Assembly: GCA_964036045.1 (NCBI GenBank)
Contig: OZ038378.1
Location: forward strand, 179,924,001 to 179,988,000
Direction of reading: 5' to 3'
Length of the DNA stretch: 64,000 bases
DNA from: Eutreptiella sp. 'Long Island Sound 2002'
Taxonomy: Eukaryota > Protista > Euglenida
Made by a program: the position numbers and the translations under genes. Under the pieces are notes generated by a model. The model worked only from the letters and a program-made list of their open reading frames with translations. It searched no databases and was not told the origin of the DNA. The stretch's first letter is position 1. Each line of letters opens with the position of its first letter. Positions 1-11,241 of this stretch are shown piece by piece.

Positions 1-1400
1 CCCTTTTGAGCCGCTCTCATCCACTTTCCGGTACGTACCTCATTCGTCGTTGAAGTCTCCTTCATGATGTTCCTTGCCCCACCAGCTCAGTCCCAATATT
101 CAATCCTGGTTAGGGTCACCGAGCTGGTGGAACTAGTCTTGGTTTTATAACCCTCTGTAGTGTCTAGGGTGGACCCAACAGGTTTGGCAAGCAAGCAGCA
201 AGCAAGCAGCAAGCACGCACGAAAAGGGCGAAAAATCACAGCTCCATCGTAGTGCTTTGGATTCGGCCAAAATTTTGGTGGATGCTACCTATGGGTGTGA
301 GGGACAACCACACAAAGTATGAGCAAGAAACTCAACGGTGGCGGCCGGGAACGGGCGTCGCAAGTGCCCGACCTCCATTGCAAAATCTGCCATTTAGGGC
401 CAAAATCGGCCTTTTTTTGCCGAAAACCGCCCTAGAACCTGTTAAAAACGGCCAAATGAAGGGAAATAGGGTGCTCTACACATGCAGCTAGACTTCCTCG
501 TGCCGAAGGGCGGTCTAGGGCCCTCTAAGTCCACAATATGTCCGCGAACCGCCCCCAAACGGCCCCCAAAAGCCCCAGAATTTGTGCACATTGGCCGCCG
601 ACATCTCCCCAAACCAAAAACAGACCATATCTCGGGCTACGTGGCTCAAAATGCCATTTCTAGCGCACCTAATCCACCCACAATCACCCACTTTTAGTGG
701 TTTCCACCCCTCAAAATTGTGCTAACCAATGCCTAGACCCCCGTACCAGTGGGGTGCGGCAAGCTACAAGAGGTAGCCCAAAGAGGTGGGTGCCAAAATG
801 GGTTAACAAGGTCCACCGGATTCAAAAAAATGACCCTTTTCAAAAATGATCCTGGACCACATGGAATGCCAAAACAAGTGTTTTGGGCATGTTTTGAGCT
901 CATGGTGGCCCGTTTTGGCCCTCCCAAAATCCCAAAATGCCTTGAAAATGGGCTGTTTCGGGACAAAAAATGGGTCAAAAATTGGTCAAAAATGTGTTAG
1001 GGTGGGCTGTTTTCAGACCAAAAATCAGTCAAAAATGGATCAGAAAATCTGTTTTTCCAAAGATACTTTTGGACGATTTGGGGTGCACAAACAAGTGGAA
1101 TGAGCCCATTTTGAGCCCATGTTGAGCAATTTTGGCCCCTCTCAAGGCCGAAAGGGCCTTCAAAATGGGCTGTTTTGGGATCGACCACAAATGGCTTAAA
1201 AAGGGTTCAAAACCATGGTTTTCCAAAAATGATCCTAGTCCAGTTGTGGTGCCCAAACGGATAAATACAGCTCATTTTGAGCCCCTTTTGAGCCGCTCTC
1301 ATCCACTTTCCAATGCGTACCTCATTTGTTGTTGAAGTCTCCTAGACGATGTTCCTTCCCCCACCAGCTCGGTCCCAATATTCAATCCTGGTTGGGGTTA
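1..1400. repeat. Tandemly arranged ~1.28-kb repeat with A/T-run-rich subunits
   Basis: 1-115 recurs at about 1281-1400 (cccttttgagccgctctcatccactttcc...caatattcaatcctggtt). Internal motifs such as aaaaatgatcct and aaaatgggctgtt repeat. (CAAG)n-type microsatellite at about 187-215. Confidence 0.7.
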
Positions 1401-1647
1401 GATGGTGGAGGTAAGTGGTATGTAGACAGCAGGGCTGCATAGGGTTACCTGGTAATGGGATGTAAGTGCTGTGGACCCTTTGTGTAGTATCATCACATGG
1501 GCTGTACAAGGCGGCTGGAAGGGACTTTGACTCTTACCCTATTCGCAAAAGCATTCTGTCACGAATCTGCACATCGTTCGAGATCACTTTCACACACGAA
1601 GGCACTTTCACTAATGATGATCAACACCATTTGTCATTTGCTGTCCA

Positions 1648-2268
1648 GTGAAAGTCAGTATGCCTCTTTTGCCACCCTTCAAGACCTCAATTCAGCTTCG
1701 TGATGGGGCAACAGAAGCGCTGTTTGTGATCAGTTTTGGTCCATTTTGCTGCCCCAAGGCGCATCATCAGCTGCACTTAGCATCGTTCGAGCAGCTCTGT
1801 GATGCCCACAACATTGATCTTGTGAATGTGAGTATACCATCTGTCCACTGCTTGCCCTCGACCAGCCAAGCCACTTGGCAGCAGCACAAATTGATGCTTG
1901 GGCATCTGATTGTGAAGGAGCTTGGGGCACTGAAAGAGTGGGCGCGCGTCTGCATTGTGGATGAAAGATTCCAGTGGGCACCCGTGCAGTCGCCATTCAC
2001 TCAGGTGCCTTCAGAGTCCATTGGGGTTGCATTTGGTGGCAAAGATCCGAAGACCAATCCTGCGTTGATGGTGGTGCTCTCTGAGGCGCATTATGGATCA
2101 TTCCGAGGGGCATTGGAGGAGCTGTCGGACGGCAGCCTGTGGCTGCGCATGCAAGTGATGGAGGCCGGGCAAGACCGGTTCCTGCAGTACCTCATGCAGC
2201 AAGCGCAGGTCCAGAACGTCCCGGTCGTCTCGATCACTGTTGACCTTCCCCGTCATTGTGCCTGCTAA
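1648..2268 (+). other. Unassigned 206-aa ORF, possibly a decayed gene or TE fragment
   Basis: The ORF has protein-like composition and the upstream in-frame region is broken by stops. No recognisable motif. Confidence 0.2.
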
Positions 2269-2409
2269 AGTGCCCAGACGCCATGGCAAATGCCGAGGTC
2301 CGTCCGGGCATTCGTCTGTGGCTAGTTGGCGCTCATTTTGCTGGGAAACCATTGCAGATGAGTATAGGTTTGTGGTCAAGTGCAATACATGACTTCGCGA
2401 AGTTTTCAT

Positions 2410-2610
2410 ATGACAGTGCCCCACTGCGCTGTCGGCATTGAGCCGGGATGTTTCCTCTGCCCCCATTTTGTACCATGACTCTGTTTAGTGTGTAGATCTG
2501 TATCCGAAAAGGTGATATTCAGGAAAAGTGACCGAAATGATTGTGAAGGAAATACACAGTGACGAACAAGTGACCCCGACAGACCGGCCTCATGCCACCT
2601 GCCATCTTCA
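2410..2610 (+). repeat. ~200-bp direct repeat, copy 1 (copy 2 at about 5548-5750)
   Basis: Both loci share cactgcgctgtcggc...ctctgtttagtgtgtag...aaaaggtgatattcaggaaaagtgacc...gaacaagtgaccc.gacagaccggcc. Confidence 0.75.
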
Positions 2611-2937
2611 TCTAAACAACCCCCCCCCTGGAAATTTCCTCAATGGAAGCACCGAGACCTGTGTCGTTGCGTTGCCACATTGATCCAGTGGGAGACGTTT
2701 GCTGTTTTTTTGCTGATCTGCTTTGGGGACCGTATCTGGTGCAGGGGGATCCGGGTCTGGCAGGAGGAGTGGGGTCGGTTGACACCAGCAAAACAATGTG
2801 AATCATCCCCAGTCTGGGAGCATGTAGCCTGCATGCAGACTGTATTTCGCCTGTAGGTCGGATTTTGTTCCGTCGCTTTATTTCAGCTTTGTACTTGCAT
2901 GTACCCAGGCCTATCCGGCTTCCCATTACTCCGCTTA

Positions 2938-3305
2938 CCCCTCCTCCCCCCGTGTCCAACGAATGCTGTGTCCAACGAACACTGTCCCATCAAATCTGTC
3001 CGTCTCGAAGGTGCCTGAGCCGGATTGGGCTGCCACTTCTGCCCGTGCCAAGAAGGGCCCTAAGCGTGGGGAGCATGTTCAACTTTTCCGCATGATACAG
3101 GACCGCAACAAGGGCTTCTACTCTGACAAGTGCTAGTTGGAAGCCTCCATCGCATTCTGCTTTGAATGGGCTGGTTATCTTGTGTCTCCGGATGTGTTAC
3201 AGCGTTTCACAATATTGTTGCCCGCACCGAACAGTGTGTCCAACACCCCTGTTCAGACCCTGTTTTTGCAGGACCTAATTTTTTGTTGGACACCAGGGGG
3301 GGGAG
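2938..3305 (+). mobile_element. MITE, family B (C-run-TGTCCAACGAA ... TTGGACAC-G-run), carrying a pogo-like transposase C-terminal fragment
   Basis: Inverted termini ccccccgtgtccaac / gttggacaccagggggggg, with TA to the left. The internal frame reads GEHVQLFRMIQDRNKGFYSDKC*, homologous to GEHVQLFRMVYDRKKGFQAEHL* at 55318-55385. Confidence 0.7.
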
Positions 3306-4439
3306 TCGCTACCACAGGCAGAACATGATTCTGATAGGTCTGCCGGTACCGTAGTAGTTGAGCCCACACCACTGGTGCCGACAGATGACATTCCGCCCAT
3401 GTTACTCAGATCAGTTGAGCATTCGAGTACACTTGAAAGCGCTGAAGGCACGGCGCGGAACCATCCCTGGACCCTGAGCATGATTCCCATCTCTGGACCC
3501 TGAGCAGCGTTCGCTGTTGAGGGAGGACTCAAGTGTCTCTCTGGTGGAATCTCCCCGTGAGGACATGAATACAGACTATTTACCCAACACCACTCAGTCT
3601 TTGGATGTTGTTAGTTGGGATGAATTTAGCACAGATGTCAGCTCTACCAGGGAAAGGAAATGATTTACACAAAAGGCACCCAACTCAGTATGAGTGGGAT
3701 GGGAAGACTATATTCCATGGGAGTGCATTCCTGCAGGCCCACTGTCTCAGCTTCAAACCCCCTGAGGATTGTTTGCATGTGTGCCATGCACATTGTGGCG
3801 CCTAAGCAACGCCCTTGTCTATGCAACACCAGGCATTGGTTCAGTCAATTTCTGGTCAAATACCGTTGCTTGGACGAGGGTGTGTGTGGGCAGGTGCGTA
3901 CTAACATAATGCACTGATTCCACTTTGACTCGTTTGCTGTTGATCTGAGCTTAGTCCGTGTTACAACACAAAGGTCACAGCAGCTATCCGCGTGTTATGC
4001 CTTATTACCATGTGCCTTGTGTGGGGAGTCATCGCAGAACTGGTCAGCTCTGGCAGTGTGCACAGCATTGCTCTGCGCGGTCTAGCCTTTGCCGAACAAA
4101 AGTCAAACAACACCAAAGTCACAGCAGTTAAGGCCTGGTCGAATGGTACTGCTTGACTATGTTTGGGATATCAGCGCCAATATGGAACGTGTTCTTTTAA
4201 CCGTACCCAAGGCGCCCCGTAATAAACGTGGATTGGTCAAGTTGTGCCTGAGCATGTGGCTGCCCATGTCAGCCCCAGTGTGAATGTGGCATAATGAGCA
4301 GTTTAAGCCTGTTGTTTGAGAGTATGTGTATGCCCCTGTGTGAATGTGAATTGTTTGCCAAAGCGTCGATGCTGATTGAGACAGTGCACTCTATCGAAGG
4401 GCCATGTCAATGATTGCACTGGAAGGAGCATCCCGGGAG

Positions 4440-4790
4440 AGTCGCCACGTTGGGTTGTCCAAACATGGCGACCCTGTATTTCTGCACCTTTCAGCCTTTT
4501 CTGGAACCATCGTTTTTGCGTTCCAAATCCAATATTGAAAGTGGTTTGTAGCTTTGTGCAGGCTGCAGGAAGGGTGTCACTATTGGGTGTCAAAGTGTTG
4601 GTGTAGCTGTAATTCCATGTGCTCTTGTGTTCTGCGGTGTATGCCAGCCTGCTGGACACCCTTTTGTAGTCATGCAATCCCTTATGCCTACAACATGTGT
4701 TCCGTGGTACGTGCCGTGCGGTAACACAGGCTTGTCCAAACTCGGCGACCCCATGTTTCTTCACTGTTGCCCCCTGAACCAGAACCAGGC
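4440..4790. repeat. Dispersed repeat also found at about 49630-49800
   Basis: Shared ttgtccaaacatggcgaccctgt and ggcttgtccaaactcggc.accccatgtttc...ccccctgaaccagaacc blocks. The minus-strand translation VLVQGA.V.KHGVAEFGQA occurs at both loci. Family unidentified. Confidence 0.65.
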
Positions 4791-5985
4791 AGCCAGGGCC
4801 GAGGGTTGGCCGACGCATGTGAAGGGTGGTGTTGTTGCAGGGCCATGCTTGTAGCCTTGTTGGCGTGGGCGTGGGGCGGTGTGTGTGCTGGTCTGGGGAA
4901 GGGCTTGTGTGCATGTGGCGTGTGCTGGGGCGAGGGCAGAATGGAGGTGCGGTGGCAGGGCATTAGGAGGGCACTGGGGACAGCTGTTAGGCGAACGGTG
5001 CTGCAGACAGCTGTGGCACATGGAGGGCACTGGGGACCGGTCGCCAGCGCAACGCGGGCAACTCTTGCTGCTCTCTTGGCGGAGCCCACAGCTGCTTGCC
5101 GCCTTGTTTGCACTATTGGCCATTTGTTTGTCCACCAGCAGGTCCCCCCGCCGCCCCGCTTGTTGCAAGAACAACCTTGTGTTAGAACAACAGTAGTATT
5201 GTTTCGGCGAGATTTTGGAACCGCATGGAATTTGGCGGTTCCAATTTCTCTGTGTCCAAGAAGATCCAGTTTTATTCTGTGGTTTGGGGCTGGGGATGGT
5301 ATTTTGGGGATGCCAGCTTCTGTCCTGCGACTTGTTGATCCTCCCTTGCAAGTATCATGCCTCATTCTGCTTCTTGCTTCACTTTCAGAGAGTGACACAT
5401 GAATGGTACGCTGGTGGTAGTATTATGATCTTGTGTCTTCTCGCCATTTACCCAAACAACGACCATGTCGCGACAGCAGGTGTTGTTTCCGTCCAAGTTT
5501 GGAATTTTACCTTTGTTTTCGCACCGGGAGGGAAGGGGATGTTTTCACATGACCGCACTGCGCTGTCGGCGCTGAGCCGGTATGTTTCCTCTGCGCCCAC
5601 TTTATACCGTAACTCTGTTTAGTGTGTAGGTCTGTATCCAAAAAGGTGATATTCAGGAAAAGTGACCATGACTGAAATGATTGGGAAGGAAATACACAGT
5701 GGCGAACAAGTGACCCTGACAGACCGGCCCTCTGCCATCTGCTGCTGGTCATCTTTAAAGCCCTGCACTCCCCTTACCAGTAAACTGCCTGGTTTGCGCT
5801 GCGAATGGCAAGGCAAAATGCTTTGTAATTGCAGATCATTTGAGCAGCATTGCACTGAGTAAGTCTGGCTTGAGGTGAGGGTCCTGCTGGTGATTTGAAA
5901 ACCTGTGCCCCCCCCAGAATATTTGCCTCGCTGGACGGAATCAGCATATTACGTCAGTACGCACCTGGGGTGCCTCTTGTCCACT

Positions 5986-6145
5986 CAACCATCGGAGGCC
6001 ATGTCGGTTAGCCTGTCGGCGCGTACGCCCTCCTCTCTTCTAATACACCCCAGAACCCCCTCCTCTCTTCTTGGGGTGTCCTTGCACAGCGCGCACTGCG
6101 CACTCCACGCGCCGACAGGCTAACCGACATGGCCTCCGATGGTTG
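5986..6145. repeat. Perfect 39-bp inverted repeat around an 82-bp spacer
   Basis: 5986-6024 caaccatcggaggccatgtcggttagcctgtcggcgcgt is the exact reverse complement of 6107-6145. The spacer holds two ccctcctctcttct copies. Confidence 0.9.
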
Positions 6146-7319
6146 GAACTCCGAACCTGTTGAGGCAGTGATCCCAGCTTTGAGGGGCTGTGGGGAGTCA
6201 TGGAAAACCTCGCGATATGGCCAGAAGCCTCTTGCTCTACTAGCGCACTGGGACCTCCCTCCCACACACACAGACAGGCCACCAGTACTGCATGTCGACC
6301 CGCTGCAGACAGCACCACAGGTGTCTGCGGGTGCCCTTGACCCATGCGGGTCTCCCTCTTTAATATTGGCCACTTTTCTTGCCCCTTCTCGCGGTTGTGG
6401 TGTTACCCACTGAGTGCAAGACTCGGTGGTCCTTTTTGCAGGCTAGGCTACCCATTGTCTCCCCGCATGCGCTCTTGTGCAGTGCACACAGTGCTCGCGC
6501 CGTCGCAGTGTCTTGCCACTGCGAACCTGCCGGCCCTCGCGGCACCATGTGGGTTACACGGCGGTGTGCCGCCCCGTCAGGAGCGCCCAGGGGATGATGA
6601 TATGGGTACGGCCCCTCGTCATCGGGGAAGGGGAGGGCCTCAGAGGATCCTACCTGACCCCAGCAGCGAGGTCACCTGAGCATGGCAGCCCAGTCCTCCC
6701 GTCGCGCTGCTACGCCAGGGGTGGGCGGGGTCGGGAGGGGGTTGGCGACGCCAGCCCCTAACCCATAACTCTCCCGCTTAACCTGTCACACAGCATCCAG
6801 GACTATAGCCGGCCTTTACGCTCTTTAATATCGTCCCCTCCTCCCCCCCACACACAGCCTTTGCAGACTGGAGTGAAAGGGCCTGTGCCACTGACCCCTC
6901 AGTTATTCTCTTTGATATGCAATCCATCCCTGCCGCTTCTCTTCGCAGCACACGCATGTCCCCCAAGGGGTTGCAGTCAGGGCATGGCCAAGCCACCTCA
7001 GAGCTCGGCAAAGCCTCACAGCCAAGAGCCTCTCGCTCTAACGGCAAAGTGGGGACCTCATTCACAGACAGCACTTGCAGACTGAGGATTGGGGGGGGGG
7101 TTAACACTCAGCCCATGAGCAGTGCTCAACACTAAGCATTCCCTCCTTTCTTCACCTTTATGTGGTACCCCCCTTGAAATCCCCCCCCCCCCCCTTGCAA
7201 TCCCCCCTGTCCGGGGGGGGGGGGGTTGGGGCGTCACTTCACTGTTTTGCTAGGCAATATCTATTGTGGTGGTTTGTGTTCCACATCTGTCACACACGGT
7301 TTCTTGCATTGCTTTCCCA

Positions 7320-7900
7320 TTACTTCAAATCAGTCGTCTGTGTGTATTCTGTGATATTCTCTCTCCAAAGGCGGTGTACAGGGTGTTGTGTCCCTTTTTC
7401 AGATGCAAGATGTTTTCTCCCGGCGACCGTGTGTGGTACCACTCACGCACGTGTACATGTGTTGGGGGGGAGTATCAGGCACGTTGCACATGCGGTGCGC
7501 GCATGGTACGGGTACCCGGGCTCAGAGCCCACCAGGTACCATCTACAACTCGTCTCCCAGTAGACCATCTCCTGGAGAAGTTTTTCAAATACCTGACACA
7601 GTGGGCGCACGGTGCGGATACTTCCTCCAAATCAGTCATCTGTTTGTATTCTGTGATATTCTTTTCCAAAGGCGGTGTACAGGTCCCAGGGTGTCATGTC
7701 CCTTTTTCAGACCCAAGACGTTTTCTCCCGGTGACTGTGTATGATACCAATCACCCACACTTGGTGCACATGTGTTGGCCACTGTTGTGGGGCCTTCACC
7801 AAATGGGCTGCAGTTTTGCCACATTTGGTACATGCGCCCTGGTGGGGTCACTCAAGTGGATCATGAGAGTGCTCAACTCTCAAGGCTCCAGGATGTGGTG
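7320..7900 (+). repeat. Two ~304-bp tandem units, each with a polypyrimidine-AG followed by a small decayed coding segment
   Basis: Units start at about 7323 and 7627. Translations are FSPGDRVWYHSRT.. and FSPGDCV*YQSPTLGAHVLATVVGPSPNGLQFCHIWYMRPGG. Segment 7522-7630 also recurs at about 33384-33510. Confidence 0.6.
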
Positions 7901-8434
7901 GTTGCATCACCCAAGCAGCTTCGCCCGTGTTCTGTTTCTTTGCATCAGTAGAGGGTACCACAGTTTGCCTTGAAATACTCTTGCGATCTCCACCCCACCA
8001 CGCCCCTCACTTGGCGACCATCTCCTTCCCCCGGGGGGTGGGGGAGACCGTCGCGCGCGGGGGGGGGGGGGGGGTCAAGGAGTGCGGTCAGCCACACGGG
8101 GATTTTGTGCGCACACCCCCAAATTTGTCCCAAAATCCCTGTCGCAAAAACCTTGGCTAGCTGACCGGCAGGGCAAATGCTGCGCACAAACTCTTCGCCT
8201 TGCTGACCGGCAGCTGATGTGCTGCACACAAATTCCCCGTCTGGCTGACCGGGTAGGGGGTTGCTACGCACAAATTTGCCGGGGACCGTAAAAGTACGAA
8301 ATTTTGCGGTTGACCCACGGGGGGGGGGGGTCCGAGACCGGACCCTTTACGCCCCCCTCCCCTCCCTATGGGAATTTGGTCCGAGAGTGCCGGACCATGG
8401 GCGCCAAAGGCGCCCCAAGCAAATTTTTCTTGAT

Positions 8435-11194
8435 CTAGCAGAGGGTGACACAATGAGTTTTCACCCCATGTATTATTCCCGCATAGTCTTGCCTGGAAAT
8501 GGGTGACGGGGAGCCTTGTAGGTCATTGCCTTGGTCCATTGATGTTTCATCATCACCTGCATCTTGTTGAAAGAGGGCTCGTGCTACACCCGTATCATTC
8601 TCACTTGATACCGTCGTGGTTGCACAGTTGCCACCCTCCTCGCACGGGATAGTACTAGCATCCGAAGAGGTGTTATACACCACTCCTTCCATGTCCATCA
8701 CATTTAGTCTCTCTTGCGGTCCTAGTCCAGTGCACGTCAGTACGGCGCTGGTGTCTGATGAAATGTTATATACCAACCCCGCAATGTCCAAGAGATCAAG
8801 TTGTGGTTCGTGCGGACATGTAGCAGGGGTTAGTGCCCTAGGTGACCCTTCATCATAATGAGTGACCGATGTACGGGTTCTACCCGCATTTTGTGCAATC
8901 GCCATTCCTGGTGCTTCTTGTGGGCAGTTTGGCAGACTTAGAGCAGTGGGTGTTGTATGTTGCCCTGTGTGCGCTTCACACGCCTTGGGGTTGCTCGTGA
9001 ACCATGGTGCCCGGACGCAACGGTTTGGATCCCTTTCCAGGGGTTCCGACCATGCACGTACATCCGGACTTAAAGTTGCCGTCGTAAGGCATACGGGGGA
9101 GTGTCCGCACATGTGCTCAATGGTAGTGGGGTCTGGCAATGACCTTATAGACCAATGCGTGTGTCTACAGACAATTGTGTCATGGAGCACACGTGTTCCC
9201 GGTGTATCCTGCAAATGATTGTTGCCACTTTGCACCGCATCTGCCCTGTACCCCTGCTTGCCTGAGTGTATTGGGGGTAAGTTTGGGTGTTCATCCATCC
9301 ATGTATTTACCCGGTTAAGTAATGCCTGCCACGACTCCTGCGATGGGTATCCCTGCCCGGAAGAGGCCACATGCACACACGACAACGAACACGGTAGAGG
9401 ATGCTCATACACACATGTTGCAAAAGATTCACATGGGTCAATATCCATTGGGTCATTGGAATGTTGCATGCTCTGATAATTTTCACCGTCAGAGTGGGAA
9501 GACATTAGTTGCCGGGCGGTGATGCGCAAACTGAGATCAACATCATGGTCTGGCGCACTCCTCTCATTGCGCACCACGACGAAGCGAGGGGTTATTGACG
9601 ACATCATTGCATGTTCCCGTACACCTTGGTTGATGGCCATGAGCTTCGGCGTCGGCCACCGTGCGGCAGTTGCTGCCGTCTTCTGGGCCGGACTCTCCTT
9701 GCTCATGGCGGCACGTTCACGTAGGGGCAAAGGCGTCGGCGTCCGTGCGGCTCCGGGAGCCGACATCGGCGCCGTACTCTCCTTGTGTTCCATGACCATA
9801 GACGTGTGAGGTGTTCGCCTCTGTGCGGCTGCGGGTGCCGTCTCTTGGGCCGTACTCTCCTTGTGTCCCATGACCATAGACGTGTGAGGTGTCGGCCTCT
9901 GTGCGGCTGCTGGTGCCGTCTCTTGGGCCGTACTCTCCTCCTGTCTTTGTCTCACCAGCTGTGGTCTCGCTCGCGTCGACCCTACAGAAGCCCATTCGAT
10001 GGTGGATGCATTGATTGGTTCATCTATGTTATCACGTGATTCCATAACATGCGAAACGAGAAACCGTTGCGTGATATTGTATGGGGATTGGGGAGGGTAT
10101 ACCTTTGGTTTGTGTGCCGGCTCACATCTGCTGTAAGCACTCTTGGGTGTCTCGACCCACCCGCCTTTCTTGCCTCGGCCTCCATATGAGCCCTTCTCTC
10201 CCGATCGCTGATGGTACTTGGACTCCTCATAAGACGGAGGACCGGAAGAGGTTGCTTGTGACTGATGTCGTGGCACATGCTGGTCGTGGTAGGTGTATGA
10301 TGGATGACGCATGGGAGGACCCGGGGGCGGACCTGGCGGGGGTGACGGTGGGCGCCTGATTTGCTGATGGGCCATTACGTCGCCCGTTGTTGCTCCGTGG
10401 GACGTAGACTCTGCCCACGCCTCGGCGCGCCCTGCCTCTTTTCCCGCGTAAAAGGCGTTATCTAGGGACGCCATAAATTCAGGGTTGCTTTGCGTCCAAT
10501 CTTTCCACGCACTGCGCCGTACGGTTGCTTCGACCGCCGCTCCCACAGAGACAAGTTGTGGCGGTGGGCTGGGCGCGTGCTGCACCTCCTGGCCTGAGTG
10601 TGGTGGGTACGTTGGCTGCGCGTTGGTTGTACCGACCGAGGCGGGGTGTGGTGTTGGATTGATGGATTGCTGCCCCTCTGGACCTGGGTATTGCTGATAT
10701 GGCGAATGCGTGTAGTGGTAATGGACCGTTTGCGGGCCACTCCGCATTGGTACCGCAGTGAGTTGTGCTGGTGCATGCATCGGTTGGTGGACCAGCGCAG
10801 GGACGCTGTGTGCCTCATGTTCTGTGCTGGCACCTTCTGCTGATGGTACTTCGAGGTGCACTTGTATCCGTTTTCGCGCATCTGGGGTGTGTGATTCCGT
10901 TTCTGCTGACTCTTGTAGCTGCTGATTTTGTGCTTCCAAAAATTTCAAATTTTCCTTCATTTCGGCCATCTGCATTGAATCATAATCCTCTTCGAGGAAC
11001 AACAAATAGTGTGACCCCGACTCCCCGCAGCAGTGTTCCCGAAACGCAGCAGCAACAGGTCGGCACGAAGGGCGTGGCACAACCGGAATCGGCGAGTACA
11101 AAGTGCGTAGCAATGTTCGCAGCCCCACAACCGCTTGCCACGTGGGGTCCTCCTCGACGTATGCAGGCAGGGGCGCAATCTGCTCCCAGGCCAC
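8435..11194 (-). CDS. 919-aa low-complexity ORF, possibly a retroelement Gag-like/ORF1 protein
   Basis: Open for 2.76 kb. It has a coiled-coil-like stretch (MQMAEMKENLKFLEAQNQQLQE), P/H/Q-rich tracts, an RG-rich segment, 26-aa repeats and a PMDID motif reminiscent of Ty3/gypsy Gag. No catalytic domain recognised. Confidence 0.45.
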   Translation of the reverse strand: MAWEQIAPLPAYVEEDPTWQAVVGLRTLLRTLYSPIPVVPRPSCRPVAAAFREHCCGESGSHYLLFLEEDYDSMQMAEMKENLKFLEAQNQQLQESAETESHTPDARKRIQVHLEVPSAEGASTEHEAHSVPALVHQPMHAPAQLTAVPMRSGPQTVHYHYTHSPYQQYPGPEGQQSINPTPHPASVGTTNAQPTYPPHSGQEVQHAPSPPPQLVSVGAAVEATVRRSAWKDWTQSNPEFMASLDNAFYAGKEAGRAEAWAESTSHGATTGDVMAHQQIRRPPSPPPGPPPGPPMRHPSYTYHDQHVPRHQSQATSSGPPSYEESKYHQRSGEKGSYGGRGKKGGWVETPKSAYSRCEPAHKPKVYPPQSPYNITQRFLVSHVMESRDNIDEPINASTIEWASVGSTRARPQLVRQRQEESTAQETAPAAAQRPTPHTSMVMGHKESTAQETAPAAAQRRTPHTSMVMEHKESTAPMSAPGAARTPTPLPLRERAAMSKESPAQKTAATAARWPTPKLMAINQGVREHAMMSSITPRFVVVRNERSAPDHDVDLSLRITARQLMSSHSDGENYQSMQHSNDPMDIDPCESFATCVYEHPLPCSLSCVHVASSGQGYPSQESWQALLNRVNTWMDEHPNLPPIHSGKQGYRADAVQSGNNHLQDTPGTRVLHDTIVCRHTHWSIRSLPDPTTIEHMCGHSPVCLTTATLSPDVRAWSEPLERDPNRCVRAPWFTSNPKACEAHTGQHTTPTALSLPNCPQEAPGMAIAQNAGRTRTSVTHYDEGSPRALTPATCPHEPQLDLLDIAGLVYNISSDTSAVLTCTGLGPQERLNVMDMEGVVYNTSSDASTIPCEEGGNCATTTVSSENDTGVARALFQQDAGDDETSMDQGNDLQGSPSPISRQDYAGIIHGVKTHCVTLC
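9770..9945. repeat. 78-bp coding tandem repeat (26-aa unit KESTAQETAPAAAQR.TPHTSMVM.H)
   Basis: ccttgtgt.ccatgaccatagacgtgtgaggtgt occurs at 9781 and 9859. Confidence 0.85.
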
Positions 11195-11241
11195 AACAAG
11201 TTATGGGCCTCCTCCCCGTCCGGTGCGTTGTGCGCCCCCAA

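Noticed and set aside
108-120. Telomere-like GGTTAGGG
   Set aside because: A single occurrence within a dispersed repeat, not an array.
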